From the IMG/VR virus record IMGVR_UViG_3300048835_000959, positions 1-61,507 of that record: 61,507 nt of DNA; one strand, given 5' to 3'. Below, one piece after another: positions 43,083 through 53,875 of this stretch; positions within the stretch are counted from its first letter, which is position 1; each line of letters starts with the position of its first letter. The notes beneath the pieces are model-generated. The model worked only from the letters and a program-made list of their open reading frames with translations, searched no databases and was not told the origin of the DNA. The DNA comes from a virus. Taxonomy: Duplodnaviria; Caudoviricetes. The position numbers and the translations under genes are program-made.

Positions 43083-44129
43083 AGAGAACGAGTGCTCCCA
43101 GTCCTCGGGATGCAGTTTGAAAACGCATCTCCAACCCTTTCGATCGTCGGTAAGCTCGATTGGCTCGCCCTCGATGTCAAAGAACTGTTGAAGCGACTTG
43201 TTAAGCAATTCTCGCTGCTTACGATTCTTTCGGCAGGCGTCAGGAGAGAGCCAGGTCATCATGCCATGTTCTCTAGCAAACTTAAGAAGCAGCTCCCACT
43301 GCTTGCTGGGTTTACCACTTCGCGAATCAACCAACCCCAGTTGAGAGTAGGTCAACACTTGTCGCTGGTCACGGATGACCACGCTGATCTTCTCGGTGTC
43401 GCTGAAACGCATCTCCACATCGCTCCAGCGGCTACCGCTTGGAGTTGGGAATCGACCAGTCACGGTTTTCGCCGGTGGCATCAGTCGATCGCGGAAAGCA
43501 ACCAATTGCTGACGCGCCCATGGAGACAGGCACCACTCGCCATCATCGCTAAGCAACAACGATTGATCGAGCGGAACCACGAGAGTTCCTCTCGAGTCCA
43601 ACATCTTCTCGTTGCGACTACTCAGCATCCGTTTCGAAGTGAGAAACAAGACGAATGGTCGCTGAAACTCTGCCAAGAACGCATCGATGCACCAATCAAG
43701 CCGGCGTGGATCGCTGACTTTCGCCAGGAACAACGAGAACCCCGATCCATTGGGATTCCCGTAGTGACCAAGCCTGTATCGATACATCGGGCCTCCGAGA
43801 CGTTCGAATGCCATGTCATACCCAACTAGCGAAGCCAGCTCTGCGGCGAGCTTGCCAAAGCTGAACTCGTAGCAAACGATTTCGCGGCGATCGATCGGAA
43901 CATACTCTTCGGTCTTCTCGTTGTAGCCTTCGAAGACACCATCTTCGACCTCGACAATTTCCAGCCACTCGTACGGACGACCTGGAACAGGCAGCGCCGC
44001 AGCGAGGTCTTTGATCGGCACGAGGAGTTCACGGTGCGAATCAAATGCATCGCCGAGCAACAGCCGCCAGCTCAGATGGGAGGTCGCCACATCGTTTAGC
44101 TGCTCAAGTGCTTGCCAGGGCTGGCTCAT
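43044..44129 (-). CDS. Hypothetical protein (possible C-terminal winged HTH)
   Basis: GAGGAG RBS; overlaps the upstream gene. Confidence 0.65.
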   Translation of the reverse strand: MSQPWQALEQLNDVATSHLSWRLLLGDAFDSHRELLVPIKDLAAALPVPGRPYEWLEIVEVEDGVFEGYNEKTEEYVPIDRREIVCYEFSFGKLAAELASLVGYDMAFERLGGPMYRYRLGHYGNPNGSGFSLFLAKVSDPRRLDWCIDAFLAEFQRPFVLFLTSKRMLSSRNEKMLDSRGTLVVPLDQSLLLSDDGEWCLSPWARQQLVAFRDRLMPPAKTVTGRFPTPSGSRWSDVEMRFSDTEKISVVIRDQRQVLTYSQLGLVDSRSGKPSKQWELLLKFAREHGMMTWLSPDACRKNRKQRELLNKSLQQFFDIEGEPIELTDDRKGWRCVFKLHPEDWEHSFSSANQPNRQQDEW

Positions 44130-45312
44130 GGCGAGTCCTCCTCGGCAATTGCTTCGAGATGATGAATCCGCGCTGGGTAAGCCAAGCTTCGATGGTCGAC
44201 GACACTCGACCACGACTGTAGATGGCAACATTAGGAGGACGAACTGTGATCGCCAATTCGGTCTTGCGTCCCTCAAGCTCCATCTTGAACGTTGCGGAGA
44301 TCAAACGCCTCTCGATGCGAATATTCTTGTTTTTCGCCTGCGCCCAATCAAGTAAATCGTTACCCTTGCGAATAGTTATGACGCCGTAACGATCATCCGG
44401 GTCACCAAGCCAAAGCTCGATCATTCGAACATCGCGGACGCCCTCAATATCGCCAGGCACCAGTGCATCAAACTCGAACTCGCGTAGAGGATCGAGCGTG
44501 TATTTCACGCCAGTTGGAAACATATTCTCGTTGCCGAACATATGCTTACCCAGGAGACGGCAGTACAGGGCTTTTTCCCTCGCTGTCTTGGCATTGACCC
44601 GCAACTCTCCAAACTCACGGTTGTAGATGGCTGAGGCGCTCTGCACTGGCCAGAACGACTGAAATCCGAACCGACCATTTTCTACAACCGTCTGGCGTCG
44701 AAAGAGGCTTCCGTGCATGATGGAGAATTCGACCTCCTCGTCATTCTCGAAGACTTCAACCTTCGTTCCCTGAGCGCGGAATCGCTCCACATGCCAGGAA
44801 TCGATGTCTCGTTCCAGTTGCTGAAGCGTCTCCTCTGCGGGCGTCACGAACTTCGGAGCGGTGGTCTGGCTCGCTTGAAAATAGTCGTACGAGCGAACTC
44901 GCTTGATCCGAGACAACGCATGGGTCTGGACCAGCTTCTCGCGATTCGATAGCCACGCCGCCGTGACGATGTCGGCCGAAGAATGCTTCCCTCCAGGAGC
45001 GATTCCAAGGGTTTCGGCTGGAACTCGGTCGAGCAACAGGTCGACAGCAACCGTGTTGGCTAGTTCGTCAATCAAAGAGATCGCGTCCAGCAAGTCTGCT
45101 GGCGTTTCTCGATCGGCTTTGGCTATCTCGCGTATGACCGCTTGGCAATCGATCGAGCCTGGGGCTTCGATCGGGACAGACCGATTCGCAAAGAAATCGG
45201 CATAGGGGTGGAGCAGAGCGAACAATCGCTCGGGATCGATCGATTCCAAAACACCGGGGCGCGACAGGCGCGAAATTCGAACTGCGGTCATGTTGCAAAC
45301 CTTGAAAATCAA
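44104..45312 (-). CDS. Hypothetical protein
   Basis: 402 aa ORF with natural composition. Confidence 0.7.
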   Translation of the reverse strand: MIFKVCNMTAVRISRLSRPGVLESIDPERLFALLHPYADFFANRSVPIEAPGSIDCQAVIREIAKADRETPADLLDAISLIDELANTVAVDLLLDRVPAETLGIAPGGKHSSADIVTAAWLSNREKLVQTHALSRIKRVRSYDYFQASQTTAPKFVTPAEETLQQLERDIDSWHVERFRAQGTKVEVFENDEEVEFSIMHGSLFRRQTVVENGRFGFQSFWPVQSASAIYNREFGELRVNAKTAREKALYCRLLGKHMFGNENMFPTGVKYTLDPLREFEFDALVPGDIEGVRDVRMIELWLGDPDDRYGVITIRKGNDLLDWAQAKNKNIRIERRLISATFKMELEGRKTELAITVRPPNVAIYSRGRVSSTIEAWLTQRGFIISKQLPRRTRHEPALAST

Positions 45313-45665
45313 TTAGCCATACCAATCCTTCATTGAATAAAACGTCAAGCGATCCAAACGACTGACGCACAAAAAGTGCGATTGGCAGGGGCTGGCCTAC
45401 GGTTTCCACCGTGCAAATTCCTAGCGTGGGCATCCCATCCGCCAGTCCATGACCGCTGTCCTGAGAGATTCCATCCAGGCCAAGCCACTGCCAATCGCGA
45501 ATGCTATCATCCCGATGGCTGTGACACGTTAGGTCACAGCCCGGAAGAATTTTTTGGAAAAGAAAAAATACCGGCCCGATTTGAGCGAAGCCGCACATAA
45601 CCGCGTGGCAATCAAACTCGCGAGCGTGCGCTTCGAGAAAGGTCTTGCGACGGCAAGACTGATCG

Positions 45666-46751
45666 CTAATCTACGAGCATGATGGAATTTGAAAGCAAAA
45701 ACGACTTGAGTGCATCAAGGGTAATATAGGGTGCGCAGGTACCACCGTAGAGTGATGAAAATCTGTCCCATCTGCTTAAAATTCTAGCGCGGACCTTCTC
45801 TGCCATTGCTAGATTTTCACACTCAAGCGCAATTACACAGTCAGACAATACGATGGTTTGTGCGCAGTCGTAAATCGCACATTTCTTCGTTGCTGGTGAT
45901 CCAACACGTGTGAGCAAAACTGCTGGACCACGAACCGCTCGCGTATCAATCTTCACTGAGCGCTGATACTGGTTAACTTCATTATCCACGATATCAGTGC
46001 TGTGGATGAAAGGGAACCTGCGTCCGGCTAGACCATTTTCGGCTCTGTAAACGGGTATGCACCCCCGAACTACTTTCACGAAAAGATGATCTTCGCCACG
46101 CCGACGAACTTGTTGGCAATCAATATTGGGAGTGGTCTGTACACTGTTGGCGAGTCGACGGAATCGAACAACTACAGTGGAAGCCGAGCAGTCAGGAAAC
46201 GTATTATTCGAGTATCTTCCGATTTCATAGTAGTTTGCAAATCTCCGAATCTCTTCGAGAATCTTGGCATCCTTCCGGCTACTCAAACACGATGCGGGAA
46301 GTATCGCGACAATTTCTCCTCCGGTCCGCAAAAACTTGATTGCTGTGAAAATGAAAGCCATGGCACGACTACAGGTGACTTCGCCAGATTCGGTCTTGAC
46401 TGACAAAGCTCTGCCACCGCGACCACTGAAAGGCGGATTCAGCAAAACTACATCGCACTTCCCCAACAACTCTCTAAATCTTTTAGAGGCATTCGTAGAA
46501 CGATCGTTCAAAAAATCGCATCTTGAATAGGCTGAAATTCGTTCATCTGTCGCTAACCTTGATAAACATGCGAAATCTATATCATTGCCAAAAGTGAAGC
46601 AATCTGGCCATCGTGAACGTGCTGCGACTAGCAGATCGCCATGACCAGCGGCAAAATCAGCTACAATCTCAACTTTCCGTACCCTGACAGCGTTAATTGC
46701 TGCTGCTGCTAGTTCCATCGGCGTGAAAAATTGGTCCTTCATCCGTGGCAT
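45666..46751 (-). CDS. N6-adenine DNA methyltransferase
   Basis: QFFTP, DFAAGHGDLL and LNPPF motifs; TRD-like C-terminus. Confidence 0.8.
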   Translation of the reverse strand: MPRMKDQFFTPMELAAAAINAVRVRKVEIVADFAAGHGDLLVAARSRWPDCFTFGNDIDFACLSRLATDERISAYSRCDFLNDRSTNASKRFRELLGKCDVVLLNPPFSGRGGRALSVKTESGEVTCSRAMAFIFTAIKFLRTGGEIVAILPASCLSSRKDAKILEEIRRFANYYEIGRYSNNTFPDCSASTVVVRFRRLANSVQTTPNIDCQQVRRRGEDHLFVKVVRGCIPVYRAENGLAGRRFPFIHSTDIVDNEVNQYQRSVKIDTRAVRGPAVLLTRVGSPATKKCAIYDCAQTIVLSDCVIALECENLAMAEKVRARILSRWDRFSSLYGGTCAPYITLDALKSFLLSNSIMLVD

Positions 46752-47671
46752 ACCAATTGTGTTACTTCGTAAACATGGAGACGTTTGATTCCTTCTGTTC
46801 GCTCTGCCTTCCGAACCGGATGATCGTATACGATCTCGACTTGTTCAGGATACTGCAATGCAGAGATGACCGCTGCCAGCGATTGAGGCTTTGTTCCTAT
46901 AGGTGCAAGCGCGATACTCCGATTCTTGTGCTCATAACGCAATTGGTTTATGACATTTAAGGTAGCAAACGGACAGCTTGCGGGAGCAAAGATTACTTTT
47001 CTCCATGCCTGGCTCTCTCTCAATGCGGTACGATTTGCCCAGTAAGTAATGAATGGAAATTCGGCACGAAATCCTGGAACTCCAACTATTGGAAAAATCA
47101 GTTGTCCAGAAGGTTCAAGCTGATTTATCAAGTATTGAAGGCGGGTCCCTTCAAATCCAAGCAGCGGAGCAAAGACACCTGCATTACGGTCACGCCGGAA
47201 TCGGGCGAAACCGGGGAGCGGACGAATGCCTTCGATCTTTTCGCTGAGATCATAGATGACATTCTGAGTTGGCCGGGGATTCATTCGATAGTCATCTGGC
47301 TCAACATAAACCACTCGTACTCTTTTTCCGTCCGTATTCTTCAAACCTCGAAGCAACGCTGCCCAAGTGCTGTGCCGCAATCCGGTAATATCGAGATATA
47401 GAACCTTAGACTCTACCGCTTGCCAAAACGCCGTCAGCTGTGACAAGCTTCGCAACTGAATGACGCCACCCGCTCCTGAAAACTCAATCTCATCCGCAGC
47501 CTCCCGCAGTACACGGTAGAACTGAACATTGCGGCATCCATGCTCCCATTGTTCACCATGTCTACTTCGCTTCTCAACCGATACTCCAGCGACATACGCA
47601 CTGCCTGGCTCGGGACAGAAGTCAGCTACGGACTCAAATGTTGTCGTTAGGGCGGCGGTGCTATCCATCAT
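46739..47671 (-). CDS. Hypothetical protein of the PRTase/ATPase cassette
   Basis: LDITG, LGFEG.R and APIGTKP motifs; overlaps both neighbours. Confidence 0.65.
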   Translation of the reverse strand: MMDSTAALTTTFESVADFCPEPGSAYVAGVSVEKRSRHGEQWEHGCRNVQFYRVLREAADEIEFSGAGGVIQLRSLSQLTAFWQAVESKVLYLDITGLRHSTWAALLRGLKNTDGKRVRVVYVEPDDYRMNPRPTQNVIYDLSEKIEGIRPLPGFARFRRDRNAGVFAPLLGFEGTRLQYLINQLEPSGQLIFPIVGVPGFRAEFPFITYWANRTALRESQAWRKVIFAPASCPFATLNVINQLRYEHKNRSIALAPIGTKPQSLAAVISALQYPEQVEIVYDHPVRKAERTEGIKRLHVYEVTQLVCHG

Positions 47672-49538
47672 TACCGTAAAACTGTGAAAAGAATGTCAAT
47701 TGCCGGGGAAGTTCAGAAGACGTAGCACGCTTGTGCTCCCGAAGAATTCCACTAATTGTTTGCTTGGGACTTTCGATCAAAGCAAGCAACGCACTGGAAG
47801 AGATTTCCATTTTGCGCTTCCGCCGAGGGCTGAACTCGAATAACGCGGCAAAGATCGGGTGGATTGTATAATCAAACTCGATGGTATCGGATTCAGTCAC
47901 TAACTTTGTCCCTTGAAACCGAACGAGAGCTAGGTGCATCACCGCCTGCTTGAGCAAATCGTCGAGTTCTGCGGTCATGCTCGTCAGATGGAACTGATTA
48001 AGCTCTGGCGCATGCCCAAATGGCTCAGCTGCAAACTGCTGAAAAATCCGGCCTAGCGCGAGCAGTAATTTTGTTAGCTTCGCGCCGCTGACAGAAAGCC
48101 CTTCTAACTCTGAAAGATTCATTGCGCCAACACTTTGAGCGGTCTTGGTTTGAACCTCAGGGGATATTGGAGATAGTAAATCGGAGCCGGATCTGATATG
48201 TGCCATAAGACTGTGATCGACCAATTCAAGCATATAGCGTATGTTTCCGCAGGCCAGTTGAGCATACACATCGAGCCCACAATAGTACTTATCCACTCCA
48301 CGCTTGCGTTTCCGAATGGCAAAAAGAGCAGCGTACTTATAGTTGTCGAACCGTTGCCTCCAGGAGGCAGGATTCGACTCCAGCTCGGTAACCTCATCCT
48401 GCAAATTTCGCGAATGGCTCTTTGACCATTCGCTCAAGAAAAAGATCTCGAGGTTCGAGAGCTTTTCCAAAGTTGCGAGCGAACTCGCTGAAAGTTGACT
48501 TTCAGCGGCTTGCAATATTGAGGTGGCATGCTCCGCGACTCCGAGTAGATCAGCTTCTTCCTCGATACTTAGCGATGGTAACGCATGTCGAAGTCGAGAG
48601 TCGATTTGTTTGCCTTCAATTTTCACTTGTCGCAATCTGGTTTCGCAGACTTCTGTTGCGAAAGACAAGAATGACTCACCGTTCATTTTGTCTCCAATTC
48701 TGACCAATGCGTAATCAGCAGGAGAAACCAATTGCTCGTTTGGCTGGAGCGTGGTTCTACACACCCATCCTAGCTCTTTCACCCCGATCTTGAAAAAGAA
48801 CTGCCCGGTCGTGTGCTTGATGTAGGTATTCAAAACTTGTTGTTGGTATGGCAGCAGATTTTCATACTCGTCGAGTAAGAAGAAGATATGCTTGCCACGA
48901 GACTGCTGACATGCCAGAACCGCATTACAAAGGAGTTCTACCGGCCTTTGCTGTAGTGACAGTTCGATCTTAGGATGATCTGCGATATTGTTTATCTCTG
49001 CCTCGAAAATTAGACGAGAGTCGATAATGCGATCATGCAGTTCCCGATGACTGTCCATTGCCGCAAGATGTAGAGATGTGCATACTCTCGTTAACAGATT
49101 ACGATCGAGATCGACCTTTAATTCGTATGTATTTTCGTACCAGTCAACAAATTCCAGGAGAAGCTCGCATAGCAGAAGATTGGTATAGTGTGCGAATGCT
49201 GGTATCCACTGCTCCGCTGACCACCCAGCGCCCGTAAAAGCTGCTACATGATTTGTGTTTATTCGGTGGTATAACCCAATAAACTGTGGTTCCTGTTGGG
49301 CTGACGCATCAACCTTTTGTGACAATGCATACTGGCCTAGGTAGGAAAGTCCGCGAAGAACCGTGGTCTTTCCAGTTCCTCGCCCCCCGACTAGCACGCA
49401 CGATTGTCGTGTAGTCAATTCCGGGAAATACCGTGGTTCGGTATAGAGGTCAAAAACCTTTTCCTGTAGCCATTCCGCTCGGTAGCTTCCGAAAAGATCG
49501 CTGAGTTGTTTTTGAAGCTCCTCAGAATTTGAAGTCAT
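47661..49538 (-). CDS. P-loop ATPase (ORC/CDC6- or STAND-like)
   Basis: GGRGTGKT Walker A, LLDEYEN Walker B, GNIR sensor-like motif. Confidence 0.8.
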   Translation of the reverse strand: MTSNSEELQKQLSDLFGSYRAEWLQEKVFDLYTEPRYFPELTTRQSCVLVGGRGTGKTTVLRGLSYLGQYALSQKVDASAQQEPQFIGLYHRINTNHVAAFTGAGWSAEQWIPAFAHYTNLLLCELLLEFVDWYENTYELKVDLDRNLLTRVCTSLHLAAMDSHRELHDRIIDSRLIFEAEINNIADHPKIELSLQQRPVELLCNAVLACQQSRGKHIFFLLDEYENLLPYQQQVLNTYIKHTTGQFFFKIGVKELGWVCRTTLQPNEQLVSPADYALVRIGDKMNGESFLSFATEVCETRLRQVKIEGKQIDSRLRHALPSLSIEEEADLLGVAEHATSILQAAESQLSASSLATLEKLSNLEIFFLSEWSKSHSRNLQDEVTELESNPASWRQRFDNYKYAALFAIRKRKRGVDKYYCGLDVYAQLACGNIRYMLELVDHSLMAHIRSGSDLLSPISPEVQTKTAQSVGAMNLSELEGLSVSGAKLTKLLLALGRIFQQFAAEPFGHAPELNQFHLTSMTAELDDLLKQAVMHLALVRFQGTKLVTESDTIEFDYTIHPIFAALFEFSPRRKRKMEISSSALLALIESPKQTISGILREHKRATSSELPRQLTFFSQFYGNDG

Positions 49539-50458
49539 GTTCTCCTCATCAGTGGTTGCCAGCTGGATGATTCGTGGTAGTAGATAGGTAGGGTCGCATC
49601 TGGGATCCCGTGTTCGAACGCAATCCCAAGAGCCAAGTCATGGAAACCGCGCCAGCCATCGTCGAGTCCCGCTCGCTTGCTCACATTCTCGAGAAACTTA
49701 GGTGCACTTTGAATTAGATCACTTGTCCAGAATCGCGATCTAGGAGATAGGGCACTGTAGCTTTCATCTAATTCGTGAGCAGGTACAAGCTGCACACTCG
49801 GCGCGAAACGCCTAATTTTGGCTCGCCCCTTCCAAGTACAGAAAATAGGGCAGTAAAAAGCCGTAAACGCTTGTTTGCCTTCTTCTGCTATTCGTTTGAA
49901 TGAGTAATGCGTGCCTGGCGCAATTGTCAGTGTCCTATCCCAAGTGTCGCAGAATTGGTTTCCAGAACCCACAAAGTCGTCTACGAAAACAATGGTTTTA
50001 CAATCGCCGAAAAATATCTTCTCTACCGCTTGTTCGTTCGTGAGTATTTGCCTCGCATCCAAGCCCAAGAATTGTCTTGAAAGTCGCGCGAAATGGTATC
50101 CACTATCCGTTGGGCTAGGATCCTCTCCCGTAACGTGAGTGATCGCGACATTGTGCAAAAACTCAAGCCATTGCTCATGCAATACCTCATCCGCTTCACG
50201 AAAGTCACAATTGGCTGAAGCAAGTTTGTTGAACGCAAACCGAAATAGATGTTTTGTCAAATCATTGGAATAATACATGAAGTTCATGAGCAGGCGCTCA
50301 GCGAAATTCCTCTCCTCCTCAGTGAAGTTCGATAGCCAGCCTGAGTAGTTCAGGTTTCGTTGCAAGGGCCACAATTGCGATTCGACTAAGAAATCGCATC
50401 TTTCGAGCAGAAGCTCGTGATGGGCCGACATTTGCTCGGGGCTGTTTGGTTCGTTCAA
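49535..50458 (-). CDS. Phosphoribosyltransferase-like protein
   Basis: IVFVDDFVGSG PRPP-binding loop; WL.NF and F.H..PD.TLP motifs. Confidence 0.7.
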   Translation of the reverse strand: MNEPNSPEQMSAHHELLLERCDFLVESQLWPLQRNLNYSGWLSNFTEEERNFAERLLMNFMYYSNDLTKHLFRFAFNKLASANCDFREADEVLHEQWLEFLHNVAITHVTGEDPSPTDSGYHFARLSRQFLGLDARQILTNEQAVEKIFFGDCKTIVFVDDFVGSGNQFCDTWDRTLTIAPGTHYSFKRIAEEGKQAFTAFYCPIFCTWKGRAKIRRFAPSVQLVPAHELDESYSALSPRSRFWTSDLIQSAPKFLENVSKRAGLDDGWRGFHDLALGIAFEHGIPDATLPIYYHESSSWQPLMRRT

Positions 50459-51717
50459 GATGCATTCCCCCGTCGCTTTATGCTCGCTGTTTCCATATCA
50501 AACACATAGTCGCTAATCGATCCATCCTTGATTCGCTCGACAACTTCTTCGATCACCGGCAGTGGAACAAGGAACCACTCGCGAGGTTGAACCTTCCCGC
50601 CGAATCGATCGGCTAGCGCTAGGTCAATACGAGCGCGTGCGAGGAACTTGTGAAGCAGGGATTCAAACGCCTTGCAGTTGATGTTCGCTAATCGGTAGAC
50701 AGCTACCAACTCTACGGCGGCGAAGAGATACGTCGTTTCCTTCTTGGCGTTGGACACTCGCTTCTCGGGATCGCCGGTGGTGAGCCCGATCTTGTGTAGC
50801 AGTTCGCGGTTCTCTTGCACGAATGGATTGTCGGAGAGACTTCGTGCCACGTAGATCGCACCAGACTCGCAGTCGCCGTCTTCCATGACATTGGAGAAGA
50901 GCGGGCCTAAGTCGCTAAAGTCCTCTTCAATCTGGGCTTGTTGCGGTACGATTCGCCGGCTGTTTTCGTCTTTGTTTAGCGCGCGTCGCAATGAACGAAG
51001 TAATAAGTCTGACTCGGTACCATTGTCGAAGATGACTCGTAGGCGTCGATCACGTTCGCCGTGTTCAGGAGTGAACCACTCACCTGTCTCTGCGACCAGT
51101 GCCTTCTGGCCATCCACGATGAACCAGTCGCCCTTACGTATCTGAGATCGACTGCTGGTCTTGAACAACTCGGTCGATTGACGGCCGGTCTCGAGATCAG
51201 CCTGAACGGCTTCAAAGTCCAGCCGAAAAGCGTCAAAGTCTTCGCACGGCTTGCGCTGGGCAACTTCTTCAGGGACGTTTCGCTCAGCATTGCGCTCGGC
51301 AGCCGAACGAACGTGTTTCATCGTCGTGATATCGTTGTCTTCGGGGCTAACGCCGAGTGCCTCCAAGAGTTCATCGTCGCTGTCCAGTTCGTACTCTCCG
51401 GATGGCTCACTGACGCGATCTGTCAGTATTCCGTCAGCATCCATGGGCCTCAGAAGATCCAAGCACTCGGCATTGCCGCGAATTCGGTCTAGCCGAATTG
51501 CGTACAAGCGTTCGAAGATATCTCGGCCTTCACCGTGCTGTGGAAGTCGTTCGTGCTCTCGATAGAACCGCTGAATGTCTTCGAACCCTGCGATGATCCG
51601 CTCTTGCTTGGCCGTGTAGGTCTGATCCTGCTTGATTTCGGTTTCAACACCAAGCTCAGCCAAAAGCGCATCATCGTCATCTGTGAATGCGGCTTCCTTC
51701 GTCTTCCTTTTACCCAC
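50455..51717 (-). CDS. GIY-YIG / T5orf172-domain protein (YeeC-like)
   Basis: GAIYVARS, HKIGLT, E.LLH and REWF motifs. Confidence 0.8.
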   Translation of the reverse strand: MGKRKTKEAAFTDDDDALLAELGVETEIKQDQTYTAKQERIIAGFEDIQRFYREHERLPQHGEGRDIFERLYAIRLDRIRGNAECLDLLRPMDADGILTDRVSEPSGEYELDSDDELLEALGVSPEDNDITTMKHVRSAAERNAERNVPEEVAQRKPCEDFDAFRLDFEAVQADLETGRQSTELFKTSSRSQIRKGDWFIVDGQKALVAETGEWFTPEHGERDRRLRVIFDNGTESDLLLRSLRRALNKDENSRRIVPQQAQIEEDFSDLGPLFSNVMEDGDCESGAIYVARSLSDNPFVQENRELLHKIGLTTGDPEKRVSNAKKETTYLFAAVELVAVYRLANINCKAFESLLHKFLARARIDLALADRFGGKVQPREWFLVPLPVIEEVVERIKDGSISDYVFDMETASIKRRGNAS

Positions 51718-53785
51718 TTGCCTTCTCCTGTTTCATACGCGCAAGGAATGCAATGCCCTCTGCCATTCGTCGCTCCCATGCATCTTGGCTGGTGATCGAA
51801 GGCAGGCGTCCGCGTTCGTTCTTGAACTTCAAGGCGCGCTTTGCAAGATCGCGAGCCTCTTCGGGTGTCAGTTGAACTCGCCGGCCAGCGATCGCTGACT
51901 GGACCTGGCGCAATCGCTCTTCGTTCATCGTCTTGGCGAGAATGTTGTACGCCTCGCCGAAGGGATTGATCGAGTCGATTAGGTCGACATTCAAATCTCG
52001 AACATCGGTCACATAGCGGCGAATCCCGTCGATCAGCGCCGTGTTCGAAGTTGCACCACTGCCACTCGCTTTCTTGCCACCCATTTGAATCAGGTTAAGG
52101 GCTGCAACGGCGCGCTGCCGAATGGCCTCTTGGTCTTGCTCAGACAAGTCGGGGTACTTGTCGCGAATGATCTTACCCATTCGCTGCTGAGTTGTTTCCT
52201 GAGGTGGAAGCTCGTCATTGAACAAGCCATCCTGGACGGTGCGAGTGTCTTGAACGAAGGAAGCCAAAACCTCGTTGAGGTCCTCACGGCAGATTCTGGT
52301 TGCTTCGTCACTCTCGGGTTCGATGAGCCCATTTATCTCAATCTGAACACCGCCAGTCGCAGGGTCCACGCCAACATTGCAACCACCATGATCGTATCCG
52401 TCAGTTCCGTAGTCCAACCCAGGCTGAGGTCCGCTCGGAACGTTGGGGCCGTTCGGTACGTTGGCTGGCGTCTTTGGACGGAACTCGAAACGAGGTGCGA
52501 GCACTTGTTCCATCAGCAAACTAGCGGCGATCGCTTTGAGTGTGTCGTTGACCGCCTCGGTAACAGCTTGCTCACCTGCGTCCGGCTCGGCGATCAAGTT
52601 AGTGAATCTGGCCTTTGTCTTGCCGACAGCATCGCGTGTCGCTCGACCAATGATTTGCACGATTTCAGTCAAGCTACTGCGGTAACCGATGGTCAGGGCA
52701 TGTTCGCACCAAATCCAATCGAAACCTTCTTTAGCCATCCCCAAGGCGATAATGATGTCAACATGATCTCGATTCTCGCGACCTACTGGATCACGAAGCG
52801 CCGCTGCAACCTTCTCGCGTTTGATCGGTTCATCGTCCACGAGATCCGCAATTCGCAGAGTTCGTCCTGTCGACGTTTTCACAAGCTGAAAACCGGTGGC
52901 GTCATCGGTGCCCAGCCACTCACCTAGGGTCTCAAGTATGTGCTCAACTTCTTTGTGCTTGTCTTGAGTGCTTTCGCGGCTGTTAACATTTGGGATGTGA
53001 ATGATCGTCTTTTCGTTCTCGTCGAGAACCTTTGGCAGATCGTCGAGGTAGCTGCCAGAATAGAAGTAGTAGCCAATGTCCAACTGCTTCAGATGCTTAT
53101 AGCCGCTGAGCTGCTCGTAGTAAGTGTACGTCACCGTCGCAAATCGCCGCTCATCTTCAGGCATCAGCACGGCAGCAGCATCGCCACGGAAGTAGCTGCC
53201 TGTCATGGCGATCAGGTGTGTCTTGTCACGCTCGATCAATTGTCGCACGAATTCGCCTAGTCGATTGTCGTCACTCACCGATACGTGGTGAAACTCGTCG
53301 ACGGCAATAAGGCGATCATCAAAGGCTTCAACGCCGAACTTTTCAAATGCAAAACGGAACGTGGCGTGTGTGCATACCAACAAGCGATCTTCGGAAGCGA
53401 GAAAGCGCCCAAGTGCTTCAACCTTCCCACCGTCTGTACCAGGCGCGTTGCAAAGGTTCCATTGTGGAGCGACAGTCCAGTCGGTGAAGAAACCATCCTT
53501 GGCGAGCTGAGTGTTACCAAAGCTCGCACCAATCGACTTTTCAGGTACGACCACGATCACCTGCTTCAGGTTTTGGCGATGCAGTTTGTCGAGAGCCACG
53601 AACATGAGCGCTCGACTCTTACCCGAGGCCGGCGGCGACTTGAGCAGCAGGTACTGCTCGCCACGAAACTGCCAGACGCGTTGCTGCATGGCTCGCATAC
53701 CCATCGCGTTGGACGTGATGGATTGACCACTACCGGCATAGCTGACACTGACGCCAGGCATCGTTTTTGGCTTTTGTTCACTCAT
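51710..53785 (-). CDS. SF2 DEAD/DEAH helicase (YeeB-like)
   Basis: PPASGKS, DEFHH, MTGS and QIIGRATR motifs. Confidence 0.85.
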   Translation of the reverse strand: MSEQKPKTMPGVSVSYAGSGQSITSNAMGMRAMQQRVWQFRGEQYLLLKSPPASGKSRALMFVALDKLHRQNLKQVIVVVPEKSIGASFGNTQLAKDGFFTDWTVAPQWNLCNAPGTDGGKVEALGRFLASEDRLLVCTHATFRFAFEKFGVEAFDDRLIAVDEFHHVSVSDDNRLGEFVRQLIERDKTHLIAMTGSYFRGDAAAVLMPEDERRFATVTYTYYEQLSGYKHLKQLDIGYYFYSGSYLDDLPKVLDENEKTIIHIPNVNSRESTQDKHKEVEHILETLGEWLGTDDATGFQLVKTSTGRTLRIADLVDDEPIKREKVAAALRDPVGRENRDHVDIIIALGMAKEGFDWIWCEHALTIGYRSSLTEIVQIIGRATRDAVGKTKARFTNLIAEPDAGEQAVTEAVNDTLKAIAASLLMEQVLAPRFEFRPKTPANVPNGPNVPSGPQPGLDYGTDGYDHGGCNVGVDPATGGVQIEINGLIEPESDEATRICREDLNEVLASFVQDTRTVQDGLFNDELPPQETTQQRMGKIIRDKYPDLSEQDQEAIRQRAVAALNLIQMGGKKASGSGATSNTALIDGIRRYVTDVRDLNVDLIDSINPFGEAYNILAKTMNEERLRQVQSAIAGRRVQLTPEEARDLAKRALKFKNERGRLPSITSQDAWERRMAEGIAFLARMKQEKASG

Positions 53786-53875
53786 AGGGTATTTGTCCTC
53801 GATGGCTGTCTGGCATTGTGTAAGGTGGAACTGTCGATGATTTCTTGTTAGTTGCTCCGCTTGGGTATGGAAAGC

